47,946 nucleotides of DNA, from NCBI GenBank assembly GCA_036339715.1, contig JAYZAM010000069.1, forward strand, positions 1 through 47,946, given 5' to 3'. The DNA comes from Pseudomonadota bacterium. GTDB taxonomy: Bacteria > Pseudomonadota > Alphaproteobacteria > Caulobacterales > Hyphomonadaceae. This document shows positions 45,868-47,946 of this stretch, one piece after another; the stretch's first letter is position 1, and each line of letters begins with the position of its first letter. A program made the translations under genes and the position numbers. A model generated the notes under the pieces. The model did not search any database and had not been told where the DNA came from. It was given only the letters and a program-made list of their open reading frames with translations.

Positions 45868-47184
45868 ATGGACGTGATCGACACATTTCTCGCGACCTTT
45901 ATCGCCTACATTGACAGCGGGTTCGGCCTGCTGGCGGGCGATGTCGCATACCTGTCGACCACGCTCATCGCTATCGACATTACGCTGGCAGGCCTGTTCT
46001 GGGCGCTCTCCCAGAACACGGACGTGATCGCCGGGCTCCTCAAGAAGGTGCTCTATGTCGGCTTCTTCGCCTTCATCATTGGCAATTTCTCTCTTCTCGC
46101 AGGGATCGTCTTTGACAGTTTCGCGGAGCTTGGCGTGACCGCTGGCGGCGGGACCATGACCGCCGATGATCTCCTGCGCCCCGGCTTCATCGCCAGTGTC
46201 GGTCTCGACGCCGGTCAGCCGCTCTTGGAAGAGATCAGCGACATGCTGGGGCCAATCTCCTTCTTCCATAACTTCATCATGATCGCGGTGATGTTCATCG
46301 CCTGGGCGATCATCATGGTCGCCTTCTTCGTGCTGGCCGTGCAGCTCTTCATCACGATCCTGGAGTTCAAGCTGACGACGCTCGCCGGGTTCGTGCTCGT
46401 GCCGTTTGCGCTCTGGAACAAGACGACGTTCCTGGCTGAACGCGTCCTCGGCAATGTCATCACCTCGGGCATCAAGCTGATGGTGCTTGCCGTCATTATT
46501 GGCATCGGCTCGACGCTCTTCTCATCCGTGACCGATGCGTTCCGTACCGGCGATGATGTGACGCTCGCGCAAGTCATGGGCACGGTGCTCGCCGCGATCG
46601 TCTTCTTCTGGATGGGCATCTTTGCGCCCGGCATCGCCTCCGGCCTGATCACCGGTGCGCCGCAACTCGGCGCGGGTTCCGCCGCAGGCGCGGCCGCCGG
46701 TGTCACAGCCGGAACCTATGTCGCCGGGATGGGCGGCCGCGCTGCCGTCGGCGCCGTCGCGGGCGGGGCGTCCTCCGCCGTCAAGGCCGGCGCCAGCATG
46801 GCCGGCGCGGCGCGCACTTCTTATACGCTGGGATCGGTCGCCTCTGGCGCATCCGGCGCAGCGGGCGTCGCCGCAGGCCTTGCCGGTGTCGCCCGTGCAG
46901 GCGGCGACGCTATGCGTCGCACAGCATCGCGCCCGGCTCAAGCCCTCAGAGACGCCTACCAACGCGGCAGTCAGGGCGCCTGGCGCGCCACCGGCGGGTC
47001 TGAGGCCGCGTCCATGCAAAACTCTGCCTCCGGATCATCATCAAGCCAAAGCCCCGGCTGGGCGCGGCGCATGCAGGCGAGCCAGCGCATGGGACAGGCA
47101 GGCCAGATGGCCGCGCACTCCCTGCGCGACGGTGATCGCGGCGCTTCGGGCGCAAACCCCACCCTCAGAGACAAGGACGACTAG
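45868..47184 (+). CDS. trbL: TrbL (VirB6)
   Basis: YIDSGFGLL, EFKLTTLAGFVLVPF, Gly/Ala-rich tail. Confidence 0.94.
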   Translation: MDVIDTFLATFIAYIDSGFGLLAGDVAYLSTTLIAIDITLAGLFWALSQNTDVIAGLLKKVLYVGFFAFIIGNFSLLAGIVFDSFAELGVTAGGGTMTADDLLRPGFIASVGLDAGQPLLEEISDMLGPISFFHNFIMIAVMFIAWAIIMVAFFVLAVQLFITILEFKLTTLAGFVLVPFALWNKTTFLAERVLGNVITSGIKLMVLAVIIGIGSTLFSSVTDAFRTGDDVTLAQVMGTVLAAIVFFWMGIFAPGIASGLITGAPQLGAGSAAGAAAGVTAGTYVAGMGGRAAVGAVAGGASSAVKAGASMAGAARTSYTLGSVASGASGAAGVAAGLAGVARAGGDAMRRTASRPAQALRDAYQRGSQGAWRATGGSEAASMQNSASGSSSSQSPGWARRMQASQRMGQAGQMAAHSLRDGDRGASGANPTLRDKDD

Positions 47185-47187
47185 ACG

Positions 47188-47388
47188 ATGGCTTTCAGGC
47201 GATCCTCCTCCAGCTATGGACCAAGCCCGTTTCCCGAAACGCCTTACCAGAAGGCGGGCCAGATCTGGGAGTTCGCAGCCGGTTTGCCGCAGGCAAAACA
47301 ATCCATCCGGGGGATGGATTGTAGGCGAAGAACGCCGCGGCAGCGGCCCGCAGGCTCCCGCTTCAACCCAACAAGACAGGAGGTCTGA
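47188..47388 (+). pseudogene. trbF': diverged duplicate of the first 27 trbF codons fused to a palindromic insert (66-aa ORF)
   Basis: MAFRRSSSSYGPSPFPETPYQKAGQIW here versus MAFKRSSSSYGRSPFPETPYQKAGQVW at 47392. Confidence 0.8.
47267..47359. repeat. Multi-hairpin palindromic (MITE/REP-like) element
   Basis: GGGAG...CTCCC closing stem enclosing TTTGCC-GCA-GGCAAA, ACAATCCATCC-GGG-GGATGGATTGT and GCCGC-GGCA-GCGGC. Confidence 0.6.
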
Positions 47389-47391
47389 TCT

Positions 47392-47946
47392 ATGGCGTTC
47401 AAGCGTTCATCTTCAAGCTACGGCCGCAGCCCGTTCCCCGAGACGCCATATCAGAAGGCCGGACAGGTCTGGGATGAAAGAATAGGCTCCGCCCGCGTGC
47501 AGGCGAAGAACTGGCGGCTCATGGCGCTCGGCTGTCTCGGGCTCTGCTTCGTCACCTCCGGCGCGCTGGTCTGGCGCTCGATGCAATCCACCGTCACGCC
47601 CTATGTGGTCGAAGTCGATGAGACGGGTGCGGCCCGCGCTGTGGCTCCGGCCACGACAAGCTACACGCCGACCGATGCCCAGATCGCCCATCACCTTGCG
47701 AACTTCATAGAACATGTCCGGGGGCTTTCCGTTGACCCTGTCGTCGTCCGCGAGAACTGGCTGCGCGCCTATGACTTCGTGACCGACCGCGCCGCCACCA
47801 CGCTCAACGAATACGCCTCCGCCAATGATCCTTTCGCCGATGTCGGGCGCAAATCCCGCACCGTGGACGTGGTCAGCGTGGTTCGCGTCTCGGAGGACAG
47901 CTTCCAGGCCCGCTGGATCGAGAAGACCTATGAGAATGGTGCGCTC
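47392..47946 (+). CDS. trbF: TrbF (VirB8-like), runs off the right edge
   Basis: Manual translation: ETPYQKAGQVWDERIGSARVQAKNWRLMA...PYVVEVD...DPVVVRENWLRAYDFVT. Has its own AGGAGG RBS. Confidence 0.93.
   Translation, partial: MAFKRSSSSYGRSPFPETPYQKAGQVWDERIGSARVQAKNWRLMALGCLGLCFVTSGALVWRSMQSTVTPYVVEVDETGAARAVAPATTSYTPTDAQIAHHLANFIEHVRGLSVDPVVVRENWLRAYDFVTDRAATTLNEYASANDPFADVGRKSRTVDVVSVVRVSEDSFQARWIEKTYENGAL

Larger units (their letters stand above)
486..47946. mobile_element. Tn4371/ICEMlSym-like integrative conjugative element with catabolic and heavy-metal cargo; continues past the right edge
   Basis: Contains relaxase, coupling protein, traF, rdfS-like, FseA-like, ParB-like, ardC and P-type trb genes, with an att-like left boundary. 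No integrase in the window, so the left limit is inferred. Confidence 0.75.

Noticed and set aside
45127-47485. Long alternative ORFs (45127-46269 minus, 46655-47485 plus)
   Set aside because: Shadow frames of trbJ/trbL caused by GC-rich codon bias.
1-47946. CRISPR arrays, rRNA, intact tRNA, integrase, transposase, defence systems
   Set aside because: None recognised by eye in this window.

Overview
Most of a conjugative integrative element (ICE) of the Tn4371/ICEMlSym type, probably from an alphaproteobacterium (inferred from gene content and a tRNA-Asp 3' fragment; a Hyphomonadaceae-like host is only a guess). Left to right: (1) a partial hypothetical gene and an att-like boundary (14-bp tRNA-Asp 3' end flanked by IHF-like sites and short direct repeats). 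(2) An 11-gene minus-strand catabolic cluster: TonB receptor, SDR, aldehyde dehydrogenase, acyl-CoA ligase, AraC regulator, enoyl-CoA hydratase, thiolase, acyl-CoA dehydrogenase, CaiB/AMACR, quinohemoprotein alcohol dehydrogenase and an uncharacterised lipoprotein, with one motif repeated upstream of three genes. (3) A 67-bp IS-end/MITE scar fused to a K+-channel remnant. (4) The DNA-transfer module (RHH, traG, relaxase, oriT candidate, traF, rdfS-like) and a leading region (DUF736, ParB-like, ardC) with two long nested stem-loops. (5) A heavy-metal island: MerR with three operators, two CDFs (one frameshifted), two ICMT-family proteins, lspA, a CxxC/RPP leader ORF, a CBA efflux system and a P1B-4 ATPase. 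(6) A fused FseA-like activator divergent from trbBCDEJLF. The most unusual feature is a synonymously diverged duplicate of the trbF 5' end, separated from intact trbF by a multi-hairpin element. All calls come from motif recognition by eye; no searches were run.
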